Sequence record: PZ534511.1
Reading direction: 5' to 3' (one strand)
Length of the DNA stretch: 64,000 bases
Source of the DNA: a phage
Shown piece by piece: positions 25,534 through 35,525 of this stretch. Under the pieces are notes generated by a model, which was given only the letters and a program-made list of their open reading frames with translations, ran no database searches and was not told where the DNA came from. Both the position numbers and the translations under genes were made by a program. Position 1 is the first letter of the stretch. Every line of letters starts with the position of its first letter.

Positions 25534-26833
25534 TTAAGGCCGGGGTAAGTTTGTAATAACGGAAGCCACCACCACCTTGCCAGTTTACAGACTTAGAAAT
25601 ACCACCTTGATCTTCGCCATCGATCACTTTTTCCAAGCGCGGAATAATATGGGTATGACAATGATCACCCAGTTCGATCAAGATCCAACGTCTTTTCATT
25701 TTGTGAGCTACAGCAGCAGTAGTTCCCGAACCACCGAATGAATCCAATACCAAATCGCCTTCTCGCGTACACATCTCGAAAATCCGCTTCAAAAGCGCTT
25801 CTGGTTTTTTACCATTTTTGAAACTAACGCCACCTTCATTTGCTATTCCATTCCAACTAATATCTGTCCAAACATCAGTTATTAGTTCCGCAGGCTGCAT
25901 CTCACCGTCAATTTCCAAAAGCCTGTTGGAGTAAAAGACCATTTGCCTACCATTTGCGATATAAAATCCTTCAACATCCTCATTTGGATGTACATAAACC
26001 TTATCCCTGTCTTTCTTTGACTTCTCGATAGTTTCTTTTCTCTTTATTTTAGCACCACCACCAATTGCAACAGATTGAAATACACGTTCTGCATTATCAA
26101 TTGCGAATTGTGCTAATTCATCATCGAATGTGTCAGGCAGTTTTTTCTTGGCTTCTTTTGCATCTTTATAGCCATTGGCCTTTGCAAACGCATCGGCAAT
26201 ACCACACCACGTCCAATTTTTATAATGGTCATCCGGGTTTAATAGGTATTTGTTATATCCTGTATCATACCCTTTAGGTATATAGATTTTGTTAAGCGGT
26301 TTCTGGTTGCGATCTTTTGCATATACAAGCAAAAAGTTTGCTGTGGAGAAAACTGTGGCTCCTGTTGCCTTAAATCCTGAAGGGGAATTTGTGGTCATCG
26401 AGATGGTATTTAACTGATTTGCACGACCAAAAATCTCGTCCATCAAAACTTTTAAATACGCCATTTCGCAACCATCTAAGTGAACGAATATTACCCCATC
26501 ATCACTCAGAAGATTACGAATTATTTCTAACCTATCCCTCATTAAGCCCAGCCAAATGGAATGCTCCAGGCTATCATCGTAGTGCTCAAAAGCCCTCCCG
26601 GTATTGAATGGTGGGTCTATGTAAACACACTTCACTTTGCATGCATACTCTTGCTCTAGCGCCTTCAATGCTAATAAGTTATCTCCAAAAATCAGTTTAT
26701 TATCAAAAATATCGTTTTCGGTCACCTTCTGGCTGTGGTAAGATTTGCTAGAATCTTCTAACAAAATGTGCGGCTCTAACTTTTTGCGCTCGTTTTTACC
26801 TATCCAGGTAAGTTCTAATTTGGTTTTACTCAT
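25508..26833 (-). CDS. DNA N6-adenine/N4-cytosine methyltransferase (beta-class amino-methyltransferase)
   Basis: Catalytic motif IV VYIDPPFNTG followed C-terminally by the AdoMet motif LVLDSFGGSGTT (beta-class order). Confidence 0.7.
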   Translation of the reverse strand: MSKTKLELTWIGKNERKKLEPHILLEDSSKSYHSQKVTENDIFDNKLIFGDNLLALKALEQEYACKVKCVYIDPPFNTGRAFEHYDDSLEHSIWLGLMRDRLEIIRNLLSDDGVIFVHLDGCEMAYLKVLMDEIFGRANQLNTISMTTNSPSGFKATGATVFSTANFLLVYAKDRNQKPLNKIYIPKGYDTGYNKYLLNPDDHYKNWTWCGIADAFAKANGYKDAKEAKKKLPDTFDDELAQFAIDNAERVFQSVAIGGGAKIKRKETIEKSKKDRDKVYVHPNEDVEGFYIANGRQMVFYSNRLLEIDGEMQPAELITDVWTDISWNGIANEGGVSFKNGKKPEALLKRIFEMCTREGDLVLDSFGGSGTTAAVAHKMKRRWILIELGDHCHTHIIPRLEKVIDGEDQGGISKSVNWQGGGGFRYYKLTPALIAKDMSDQ

Positions 26834-26894
26834 CGTTTGGTGCTCTCCTTAGTTTTTGTGGGGAGGAGTGCCTCCCCTTTATACTCACACCTTA

Positions 26895-27236
26895 CTACTC
26901 AAGGTCTTCAGAGTCAAGCTCAAAAAGAATCAAACTGTGCATGCCTGCAGAGAGATTAACACACCCTGCAACAATAAGGGTTTGATAGTAAGGTCCAGCA
27001 CCCTCAATGTCTTCGTTAAAATCTACAACAAGGTAGTCACCTTTGTTAAAGGTGTATTTGTCCGATGTAAACGCAAAACCTGCCCAGTCTCCTACTGCAG
27101 GATCTTTATCAGTCACCTTTGTTAGCAGTAGATCTTTTTCACGAGATCTTTTAGTAAAATCGTGAATCACAACATTCTTCTCTTCAGGAGTCGGATTGCC
27201 ACACACGTAGTTAACGATATTTCTCCACAAACTCAT
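26895..27236 (-). CDS. hypothetical protein
   Basis: Track ORF 113 aa; start overlaps the stop of the helicase gene. Confidence 0.45.
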   Translation of the reverse strand: MSLWRNIVNYVCGNPTPEEKNVVIHDFTKRSREKDLLLTKVTDKDPAVGDWAGFAFTSDKYTFNKGDYLVVDFNEDIEGAGPYYQTLIVAGCVNLSAGMHSLILFELDSEDLE

Positions 27237-28603
27237 ACGTCCCCCTCTTCTGCTCTGGTTTCAAAATCTTTCCTGACAATTTTGTCTAAGTCAGGGAATG
27301 TTGTATTGTAAAACTCTACGACTCGCGGGTCAACAATAATGTCAACTTCTCTTAGTGGACGCAACAAGTTTATTCCTTGTATTGTCTTAACCCGACTCAA
27401 AGCAACATACGTCATCCCAGGAGAGAAAGCTCCGTTCTTTCCAAGGTCCAGGTTGTAACAATCTAGCGTAAGTCCTTGACTTTTATGAGATGTTACGGCG
27501 TACCCAGATTTCAGAGGAAGTTGCTTGTATGACCCAATCACTACCCTCTCTATAAACTTCTCCATCTTCCTTTCTGCAATGTTGTATCTCTGAGAGGGCT
27601 TATACTCGTTATTCTCCCACAACCTCTGCTCTATGTCAACCTGTGTTCCATCTTCAAGCTCTACCACCACCGCCTTGTTCTTAAATTTAACAATTGTGGC
27701 ACGTGTTCCGTTAACATAATAAGGTACCTTGTGCGTCGGGTCAACATCGTTGGCGGTTATCATAACTTTCATGCCAATTTTCAACTTCATCTCCTGCTCA
27801 ACTGGCAGGGTGGAGGGAAACTTACCCTTCATTTCACCAGTGTATACCTTCTCTGGGGCGTTGATGGCATCATAGAACCTTCTGTTCACTTCCTCTGCTT
27901 GTTTGTTGGTGGCGCAAATTGTGAGAGCGTCTGTTGGTACACCGCCTTTGTAACAGCGAGCATTAAGTTCTGCTACAACCTCTTTTATGCGACGACCCTC
28001 ACGAACACAGTTGAGCATTGTGGCAAATCGAATAGACTCCTGTCGGAACTGATCTACTAAGGCTATGTTGTGGAGGTCAAGCTCTTTCCAAGATTCGGTA
28101 TAGCAACACAGGTCCGTATGGTAGAAGTTGAAGTAGGCTTCCTTCTCCATAGAAGAGACAACAGGAGGTGCCTGGTAAAAATCGCCAAACAATATGACCT
28201 GTATGCCTCCGAAAGGTTTGTCATTTTTTCGAAGGAAGCGGAGTTTCCTATCCATCTCTATAAACTTATCAGCACGGATCATAGAGATTTCATCGATAAT
28301 CAGGATGGTAAATGCCTTGCTTTTCAAAGGCTTTGCTGTTTTTGCCCTTATTGCGGTCCAGTCTGACTCCATGCTCACACCTGCTGCAAGATCGAAGGTT
28401 CGGTGTGCTGTTGCTCCATTAACGTTTAAAGCGGCTACCCCTGTCGGGGCAACCGTTATGCAAGAGTCTCCATACATTGACTGGATCATGTTGATGAGAT
28501 ACGTCTTCCCACAACCTGCAGGTCCTGAAACGAAGACATTCTCACCACTCATGATTGCAACGAGGGCAGCATCTGTGCCTACATCATACTGCCCTTTTTC
28601 CAT
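27233..28603 (-). CDS. Dda/PIF1/RecD-like superfamily 1 DNA helicase
   Basis: Walker A GPAGCGKTY near the N-terminus; Walker B-like IIDEISM; size and position typical of phage Dda-like helicases. Confidence 0.7.
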   Translation of the reverse strand: MEKGQYDVGTDAALVAIMSGENVFVSGPAGCGKTYLINMIQSMYGDSCITVAPTGVAALNVNGATAHRTFDLAAGVSMESDWTAIRAKTAKPLKSKAFTILIIDEISMIRADKFIEMDRKLRFLRKNDKPFGGIQVILFGDFYQAPPVVSSMEKEAYFNFYHTDLCCYTESWKELDLHNIALVDQFRQESIRFATMLNCVREGRRIKEVVAELNARCYKGGVPTDALTICATNKQAEEVNRRFYDAINAPEKVYTGEMKGKFPSTLPVEQEMKLKIGMKVMITANDVDPTHKVPYYVNGTRATIVKFKNKAVVVELEDGTQVDIEQRLWENNEYKPSQRYNIAERKMEKFIERVVIGSYKQLPLKSGYAVTSHKSQGLTLDCYNLDLGKNGAFSPGMTYVALSRVKTIQGINLLRPLREVDIIVDPRVVEFYNTTFPDLDKIVRKDFETRAEEGDV

Positions 28604-29808
28604 TACGCCTCCTCGTAAAGAATGTCGATAGTGTTACCGTCACGATCAACTACATATTCAATAGGGTCTCCATCTTTGCGTGCTTCCGGAGCTACCACAA
28701 TCTCATAGCGGCATGCACGGCACTTAGCGCTATTGTGTTGGTATGGCACACTAACCACATCTGCAGGGTCAACCATAACAGTCATTACAGTGCCGTAGCT
28801 CTTTGCATACTCTTTGCTGGCGCAGTGTAAGCCATAAGAGCACGCAGCTTCCGGATCATCCTCTACAAAGTTACGAGGCATGGATACAAAAGCCCCCTGG
28901 TATTGTGGAACTTTACCACTGTGCCAATCCACCCACTTGCTGCCGTTAAACTGAACCCCTTTGTAGCAAATGATTCGACCATCTTCTGCAATCTGGATAT
29001 CGTTGGCCTGCATAAAATCGTAGAGCATGTTTACAGATTTTGCAGAAGGATTGCGCAGCAGGCGAACGAGGAATTTCACATAGCGGTCATCCAGTGTTCC
29101 GTCTGCATAATCTTTCTCAATTTTCTTTGCAATGGTGGATCGCATCTCTACACCGTAGTAGTAGAGCTTACCATCTTTCATGACCAGGTTGTCTGCAAGT
29201 GTGGTGAACTCATTCTTGCGTTCCAGCCAGACAAGGATTTCACCAATTGCCTCATCATATTCCTGAACAGAGATATGGTCGAAGACTTTCTGGTAAACTT
29301 CCTCACTTTCGCTGCGGCGAATTTCAAAAATGCCTTCGTTGCAGGTGATCTGGAGGAGTTCCCCACAAATAACTACCAAAGGCTCAATACTTCGAGTCTG
29401 TTGCTGAGATACGCTGCTCACCACCTCCAGCACCGGATCTTTGACTTCTACTAAAGGTTCTTCTGACTTGATTGCTACCCCAGTGAACCCCACACCATGA
29501 ACAACACACAGTGGGTATACCACGCCCCAACGTTTAACGGACCCTTCGCCTAAATCTAAGATCATGGCGTACTTACCGTTATCTTCCAGACCGTATCGAA
29601 ATAAACGGGCCTCTTCGCGGGTTTCAAAATCCTCACGGGTGTAGCAGACGCTGTCACGGTCAGGATCGAACAACTCTGGGGCACCAACTGCCAGTGTCCA
29701 GGTTGTGTCGCCTTTCTCAATGGCACATGTGAAACCCTTCTTCTCAAGTTCTGCACGGCGGTCTCGTGCTTCTTTACGGGTTTTGAAATGTTCGTAGATG
29801 AAAATCAT
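28603..29808 (-). CDS. hypothetical protein (possible rIIB-like partner of the adjacent GHKL ATPase)
   Basis: Track ORF 401 aa immediately downstream of the rIIA-like gene; assignment by synteny only. Confidence 0.35.
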   Translation of the reverse strand: MIFIYEHFKTRKEARDRRAELEKKGFTCAIEKGDTTWTLAVGAPELFDPDRDSVCYTREDFETREEARLFRYGLEDNGKYAMILDLGEGSVKRWGVVYPLCVVHGVGFTGVAIKSEEPLVEVKDPVLEVVSSVSQQQTRSIEPLVVICGELLQITCNEGIFEIRRSESEEVYQKVFDHISVQEYDEAIGEILVWLERKNEFTTLADNLVMKDGKLYYYGVEMRSTIAKKIEKDYADGTLDDRYVKFLVRLLRNPSAKSVNMLYDFMQANDIQIAEDGRIICYKGVQFNGSKWVDWHSGKVPQYQGAFVSMPRNFVEDDPEAACSYGLHCASKEYAKSYGTVMTVMVDPADVVSVPYQHNSAKCRACRYEIVVAPEARKDGDPIEYVVDRDGNTIDILYEEA

Positions 29809-29818
29809 CTTGGTCTCC

Positions 29819-31801
29819 TTATTTGATGTTATTCTTTGTATCGATCAGTTCACGGTATTCAATCATAGCAGGAGTGTCCCAATATTTCAAGCCTACATGC
29901 TTCAAAAGTGGGTATTTCTTTTCCAATCTTGCAATATAGGCCTTCCCGCATTTAACTCGGTTGGCGATTAAGATTTTGGCACGATGATTTAGCTCACTGT
30001 GCTTCCACGCGGTGTTACCTTCCCACTTGTGGAAATGTGGCCGATAATTTCCAAAATCTTGCATGGGAATAATTTTCCCTAATTGTCTATACAGGCTGTC
30101 ATATGAAGTTTCATTTGCTGCGCGAGTCAGTAAGAATTTCCAAGCATCCTCTTTCAACAAATGTTCCACATTTTTCTCTGTAACATACTGGCAATCAGGA
30201 TCAGTCCAAAGCAGACGGGATTCTGATACCAGGTACAGGTCTTCCCCTTCAGGAATCTGGAGTGCCGCACGCACACGGTCATAATTTTGCTGGTAGATGT
30301 TACTCAGCTGTCCCAGCCAACAACTTCCACGTTGGATATCACCTTCATAAGGAATGCAGTGCTTAATCTTCTTGAACTCTGCCTTAGTAATACGTTCACG
30401 ACGGAAGTAACCATCCTTCTCAAGCTTTTTAACCCAATAACCTGGCTCGTAATGAGTTTTTGTTTCACCTTTCTTCGCAGGTCGGCGAGGGAGCTCTGAT
30501 AACAATTTGACAGTATCTGCAAAGAACGGATGGTGTGCCGCCTCTTTAAACTCTTTCACTAGATCCGTATTCCGGCAATAGAAAACGTTGCGTCCGGTGA
30601 TTTCGCTTAAATAGTTACACTTATTTCGGTTATATTTGCCATCTCCGTCGTTAAATACAAGGTATACACCTCGTAAGAACTCCGACTTTCCGTAACGAGC
30701 ATAGCCTATGCGGCCTTTATTTAAGCCTCCAGCGAAAATTTCACAATCGCCTAAGTCGCCAAGCCCTGTTTCTTCCCATCTGTCCCACATAAAATTCTTA
30801 CCGAAGATGTGCCCGAACACTCCACTGTTCTTCATCATCTCACGTGCTTCTGAGGATGTTTTTGCTGTCTCCAATTCCGCAACAACTTCTGCCCCACGAA
30901 GACGGATACCCTCTTTGACAAAAGCCTCCAGACGCTCTTGGAATCCACCATCGTCGTGCCCCTCTATGGTCCATTCGCGCCCAGGGTTAATATTGCAATC
31001 CCCGATAGGGATCTCTACACAGATTGCAGGGTAGTCTGTCAATGTTTCCAGAAACTTAGAGCGGTAAGGTTGGTGTCCCATCACCACACGGCTCTCATCA
31101 GAGCTGGTATAACCTTTCAGGATGGTCATTTTCCAACCATCCTTCTCGTAGTGATACTGCGCCTCAACCTTATCACCTTCCAGCATCTTACTGGTCATAG
31201 GGTCGGTAACGGTAAACGGAAACTTTGCATAGCGTAGGCATGACGCAATAGCAGTGCGATATTTCAGGACATGCTCTTTCTTAACATGGAACTGAACTTT
31301 TACCCCGTTGTGCTCTTCAGTCTTCCGCTCACGGATCTTGGTAACGTTTGGGATACCCTGATCCAAGAACAATAGATATGTGCTTTCAACACCATTGTGC
31401 ACACTGATAACATCGAAAGTGTCCACCATACTGAACGGAGCCTTTGAACCAACACCTTTATTACCTACCAGAGCGTTGCTGTTGCGCTTGGTTGACTCCC
31501 CGAGATTCATGAAAGTGTTGCGGACCATCTCTTCTGACATGCCCAATCCAACGTCCTGCACAAAGAAGTATGGTTCAAGGTCTGTAGGAGAGTGAATAAT
31601 GATCGGTACATCACCCCGTCCAGACTCAACATGGGAGTCCACGGCATTGAAGATTGGTTCACGGCAGCTTGCCAGCACCTTATCTTCGTAAATCCCTTTA
31701 ATGATTAGCCCAAAAGTCTCTTTGTTCAGAGAAATTGAGCCCCTGGTGACCTCCATATTCCCGGTTAGTACCGCTTTAGTTTCATTACTGTTTACAATCA
31801 T
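29819..31801 (-). CDS. GHKL/HATPase_c-domain protein, rIIA-like
   Basis: Bergerat-fold motifs NAVDSH (N box), QDVGLGMS (G1), GNKGVGSKAPF (G2) in the N-terminal third; 660 aa. Confidence 0.5.
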   Translation of the reverse strand: MIVNSNETKAVLTGNMEVTRGSISLNKETFGLIIKGIYEDKVLASCREPIFNAVDSHVESGRGDVPIIIHSPTDLEPYFFVQDVGLGMSEEMVRNTFMNLGESTKRNSNALVGNKGVGSKAPFSMVDTFDVISVHNGVESTYLLFLDQGIPNVTKIRERKTEEHNGVKVQFHVKKEHVLKYRTAIASCLRYAKFPFTVTDPMTSKMLEGDKVEAQYHYEKDGWKMTILKGYTSSDESRVVMGHQPYRSKFLETLTDYPAICVEIPIGDCNINPGREWTIEGHDDGGFQERLEAFVKEGIRLRGAEVVAELETAKTSSEAREMMKNSGVFGHIFGKNFMWDRWEETGLGDLGDCEIFAGGLNKGRIGYARYGKSEFLRGVYLVFNDGDGKYNRNKCNYLSEITGRNVFYCRNTDLVKEFKEAAHHPFFADTVKLLSELPRRPAKKGETKTHYEPGYWVKKLEKDGYFRRERITKAEFKKIKHCIPYEGDIQRGSCWLGQLSNIYQQNYDRVRAALQIPEGEDLYLVSESRLLWTDPDCQYVTEKNVEHLLKEDAWKFLLTRAANETSYDSLYRQLGKIIPMQDFGNYRPHFHKWEGNTAWKHSELNHRAKILIANRVKCGKAYIARLEKKYPLLKHVGLKYWDTPAMIEYRELIDTKNNIK

Positions 31802-32298
31802 TTATTGCGCTCCTTGTAGTAGATATGGCTCCCGAATTGAGCTGTCCTCTGCATCTTTTTTGCCCATTTCGGTCGTACTTTGGTTGTATGGTAGTGTGTT
31901 GCTCCACCTGTTATGTCCATAGCCATGTATGCAACATGGTTGTTATTATAGACCTTTAGAAGCATCTTTGCAAGACTTTTAGCGTGATCCCATGAATCTT
32001 TTTCTGTCACCTTAAAAGTTTTGCCGTGGTTTGTCCACGAAAACTGGTTAGGTTGGTAGACAATCTTTCTTATAGTGTCTGGGTATTTAGGGTGGGATTT
32101 CCTGTTTAGTGTGGCAAACCCAGATGCCAGCATACCCATCGTGCCATCTCCTCTAGCTTCCCTGTAGATATTGCATGCCAGAATGTTTTCCTTAGTATCT
32201 GATGGCTTGCAAGTATGATATACTTTTTGTTTTGGTGCTGCAACAACAGGCAGCGATAAAAGTGCGCTCAAAATAATAGCAAAGATCTTAATTTTCAC
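31798..32298 (-). CDS. SleB/CwlJ-family cell wall hydrolase with N-terminal signal peptide (candidate secreted endolysin)
   Basis: Signal-like N-terminus MKIKIFAIILSALLSLPVVAAP; motif NIYREARGDG..LNR typical of the SleB hydrolase family. Confidence 0.55.
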   Translation of the reverse strand: MKIKIFAIILSALLSLPVVAAPKQKVYHTCKPSDTKENILACNIYREARGDGTMGMLASGFATLNRKSHPKYPDTIRKIVYQPNQFSWTNHGKTFKVTEKDSWDHAKSLAKMLLKVYNNNHVAYMAMDITGGATHYHTTKVRPKWAKKMQRTAQFGSHIYYKERNK

Positions 32299-32330
32299 AA
32301 TGACTCCAAATAGAAAATCCCCGCCGAAGC
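32295..32330 (-). terminator. rho-independent terminator (minus strand)
   Basis: Minus-strand hairpin CCCCGCTTCGGCGGGG followed by ATTTTCTATTT. Confidence 0.55.
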
Positions 32331-32347
32331 GGGGGAGGTCTTAGAAA

Positions 32348-32776
32348 TTAATCGTAGTGTGCCAAAATCTCTCCATCGTTGCAAGTTCCCTCTACAAAGT
32401 TATGAAGATTCATGCACTCATCTTGATAGAAGAATTTACCGCTTTTCAGCCGTAGGCCAAACAACTCCGCATCTCCACGATGGCAAGCCTCTACAAGTTC
32501 ATAGATTTCATACGGCAACTCTCCGTCGTCATGGAAGAATCCAGCCTTATCGTTGACATAAATGAAGAAATAATCACTGCTATCGCAAGCGTCCAATATT
32601 TTAAACCAGACTTCATCTACATCTTTTTCTCGGATATCGATCACGCAAGTGGAGCTGCATTCGTACTCCTTCTCCGGCTCCTCGGTCAATACCACCAGGT
32701 AGTTTCCCCGCTTACCTACTTTAGCCATACAACCCCCCTTAAGCTTTAGCCAAAATGGCGCTAAACTCTTCACCAA
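32348..32776 (-). CDS. hypothetical protein
   Basis: Track ORF 142 aa. Confidence 0.45.
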   Translation of the reverse strand: MVKSLAPFWLKLKGGCMAKVGKRGNYLVVLTEEPEKEYECSSTCVIDIREKDVDEVWFKILDACDSSDYFFIYVNDKAGFFHDDGELPYEIYELVEACHRGDAELFGLRLKSGKFFYQDECMNLHNFVEGTCNDGEILAHYD

Positions 32777-33923
32777 ACTCTTTTACAATCTTCATCAGGT
32801 TTGGGTATGCTTTGATCAGCTGAGCAACAATCTTGTCACGCCCTTTACCGATAAGCAAGGCATTTCCTAAGGCATTAGGTTTCATCATCGCCATAAAGAC
32901 TGAGAATACAAAATCTCGGTTCTCGTCCTTGAAGTTTTCCCAAAGGAAATCGAGGAAGTTTGCCACGCAGCTGACAAGATCTTCGTCTGAGATACTTGCA
33001 TTTTCCATCATATTGCGAATAGCGATACAACCTTCAGATCCAAGAATCCACAAAATGTCTGGCTGCTTAGGACCTACGTATTCTTTGCAGCCACCTGCCA
33101 TAATCCGACCGATTTCCGGTAAATTACGTTTCTTGGTGTGGTAAGTCCAGATCTCTACCGCTGCAGTGTGACCAATAGCACCTTGTAGAAGAACACGGGC
33201 CATAGCGTCAGAAATAATACCGCTGTCAAAATCGTGCAAGATGTCAGATGCAGCAACCCAAGATCGTGGTGTGGCAAAAGATGGACAATTAATCTCAGCC
33301 ATAGCCTCATAATTATCAATAGCTGATGGAACTCTTTTCAGATACCCAATTACAGAGGAGTGAACCCCGTTGAGGAATGCGTAGTCCTCAATAAACACCT
33401 CTGCATTGCTTGTAACCTCTACAATGATAAAACGGTTAGCCAGAGGGGCTTCGAGCGCCGAAAGAACCGCACCATCTGTAGAACGGTTACCCGCAGCCAC
33501 AAAAACAGAACCTTTAGGGAATGCATAGGTGCCGCACTTGTGGTCAAGCATAATTTGCATTGCAACCTTTTGCAGGTAGTTATCTGCATGAGTGAGCTCA
33601 TCCAGAAAGATAATTCCGCTCCAGTCAGGATCCGCAGGCCAAAATTCTGGAATTGCAAACACTGTACGTGTAGTTCCATCCGCTTCTACAGGGATAGGTA
33701 GCCCAGATAAGTCGGCAGGATCTTTATCTGACAGTCGCACGTCAACAAGGTTGTCATCTCGCTCACCGAACATATTATCAGCGATCTGCTTCATCACCTG
33801 GCTTTTACCCACACCCATTGGTCCCAAAATTAGGACAGATCGGCTATGACGTTGGGCAAACTGAATAATAGCTGGCAACTCACGGACAGTGATTTGACCA
33901 CTTTCGAATACGTTTCTTGACAT
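32739..33923 (-). CDS. MoxR-like AAA+ ATPase
   Basis: Walker A ILGPMGVGKSQ; Walker B IIFLDELTHAD; size about 390 aa. Confidence 0.65.
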   Translation of the reverse strand: MSRNVFESGQITVRELPAIIQFAQRHSRSVLILGPMGVGKSQVMKQIADNMFGERDDNLVDVRLSDKDPADLSGLPIPVEADGTTRTVFAIPEFWPADPDWSGIIFLDELTHADNYLQKVAMQIMLDHKCGTYAFPKGSVFVAAGNRSTDGAVLSALEAPLANRFIIVEVTSNAEVFIEDYAFLNGVHSSVIGYLKRVPSAIDNYEAMAEINCPSFATPRSWVAASDILHDFDSGIISDAMARVLLQGAIGHTAAVEIWTYHTKKRNLPEIGRIMAGGCKEYVGPKQPDILWILGSEGCIAIRNMMENASISDEDLVSCVANFLDFLWENFKDENRDFVFSVFMAMMKPNALGNALLIGKGRDKIVAQLIKAYPNLMKIVKEFGEEFSAILAKA

Positions 33924-34192
33924 TAGTAAAAGTCCTCTACTTGTGTGTAAGTGTTTTCAAAGTTTTCCAAAACAGATATCACATCGAATCTGTCAATATC
34001 ATACGTGACTCTCCAGTTGTACGCAACCCTTTCTGCTGTTGCCTCTTCTGGCGCTAGTCGTCTGCTGGCATAAAAGAGTGTTGGAGTACACTTTCTTGCT
34101 TGCCCTCTAACTTTCCCATAATAATATCTGTGAATATCTTTGTCAAAATTTAACTCTTTTTCTGCACGAAGTTCATATTGCTGGTATAACAT
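33923..34192 (-). CDS. hypothetical protein
   Basis: Track ORF 89 aa. Confidence 0.4.
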   Translation of the reverse strand: MLYQQYELRAEKELNFDKDIHRYYYGKVRGQARKCTPTLFYASRRLAPEEATAERVAYNWRVTYDIDRFDVISVLENFENTYTQVEDFY

Positions 34193-34236
34193 CTCTACTA
34201 CTCCTTAAGCAGCATCCTTGCCGCCATTCCTGCCCA

Positions 34237-34617
34237 CTAAAATGCAGTCCGAATCCAGACAAGGTTCTTATCTGCCCAATCATAGAGGCAAGTCATTGCA
34301 CTATTGAATTGCTCACACGGAGGATAATCTTCTTCCATCTGGCGCATAGCAGAGCCTTGTGGGTAAAGCTCCCGTGCTGCAAACCACGCGTCGTAGTCAT
34401 CAACGGTGTCGAAGTAGTATACAACATCCTCTAACTCAGGATCGAACTTTGAACTATCAGGATCCAGTTGTTCAGGGAACTTGGAGCGTAACTTGCCAGC
34501 CACAATACTTGCCAACTCGCTAACATGCTTATTGTCCCACTCCACTAGCTTCCCGTCTTCAGTGATGCGTCCTAACCACTGATCATGAAGGTCAACTGTT
34601 GTCTTCCACTGAGCCAT
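34237..34617 (-). CDS. hypothetical protein
   Basis: Track ORF 126 aa. Confidence 0.45.
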   Translation of the reverse strand: MAQWKTTVDLHDQWLGRITEDGKLVEWDNKHVSELASIVAGKLRSKFPEQLDPDSSKFDPELEDVVYYFDTVDDYDAWFAARELYPQGSAMRQMEEDYPPCEQFNSAMTCLYDWADKNLVWIRTAF

Positions 34618-34619
34618 TA

Positions 34620-34877
34620 TCAGTCCACCTCTTCTTCTCGTTGTAGTTCAAGATACCCGTAGGTCTGGACATCTTGAAGGGTGTGGAACTCCCCCTCTGC
34701 CGCTAAGGCACGAACAACTTGGCACAAAACCTTATGAGGAACTTCATCCAAACCTAGATTCAGTGCAGGAAACACCTTATCTAAGTCAACAAAATAAACG
34801 AACTGTAGCTCACCAGCTTCAAAAGGTGTATCTTCAATAAACATCTTCTCGGCATTAGTCAAGATCTGCACTTTCAT
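34620..34877 (-). CDS. hypothetical protein
   Basis: Track ORF 85 aa. Confidence 0.4.
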   Translation of the reverse strand: MKVQILTNAEKMFIEDTPFEAGELQFVYFVDLDKVFPALNLGLDEVPHKVLCQVVRALAAEGEFHTLQDVQTYGYLELQREEEVD

Positions 34878-35254
34878 TATTCTACCTCCTCTTCTTTTTC
34901 TTCGGCATTAGTTTCATGGCTACCCCACTCGGGAGTTTCCACCTCGATAGTAAACTCACGCACTACACGGTAATTGCCCATGAAGCGCTCTACTTCGTCA
35001 AGGCTTATGGAGAGGCCATTGGCAACCAGGTCTGCAGCACCCTCTTCTACCAGGTAGTCCAGATTGGCTTCCAGAGCCTTAGGTTCAAACCCTGTCAATG
35101 CAATCAGATAACCTTCCCCTTCATCAGGGAGGACAATACAGCCCAATTGATTTTCTTTAAAAAGGCAGTGACCATCATTATTGATTGGGTGTTCATTGCA
35201 GTAAATAGCTGCACGATAAGTAACTTTAGACATCGGTAAGGTCTCCTTAGGCAA
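34877..35254 (-). CDS. hypothetical protein (probable start at MSKVTYRA, near 35233)
   Basis: Internal ATG preceded by AAGGAGACC RBS; its first codons lie within a 28 bp inverted repeat shared with 37072-37099. Confidence 0.45.
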   Translation of the reverse strand: MPKETLPMSKVTYRAAIYCNEHPINNDGHCLFKENQLGCIVLPDEGEGYLIALTGFEPKALEANLDYLVEEGAADLVANGLSISLDEVERFMGNYRVVREFTIEVETPEWGSHETNAEEKEEEVE

Positions 35255-35525
35255 TTGTCATTTTACATTCTTGAAATTTTAACACAAGACGGTGATTGTG
35301 TCTAGTGTCTAAAAAGATTTTTTCAACCATCAGGCACACGGTATAACCGTCCATCTTGTTGACAACAAAATCTCCAGGATGAGGGAGGATGTCTCCCGGA
35401 TTGGGGAAACATAGTCCACTCAGAAAGGCATCGTCAGTGGTGGACTTAATAGATTTCCACACACTGTCTGCCTGAACATGTTCACCGACGTAATATACAT
35501 TACCACATGCCTTCATCATAGTCAA
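35247..35525 (-). CDS. hypothetical protein
   Basis: Track ORF 92 aa. Confidence 0.4.
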   Translation of the reverse strand: MTMMKACGNVYYVGEHVQADSVWKSIKSTTDDAFLSGLCFPNPGDILPHPGDFVVNKMDGYTVCLMVEKIFLDTRHNHRLVLKFQECKMTIA

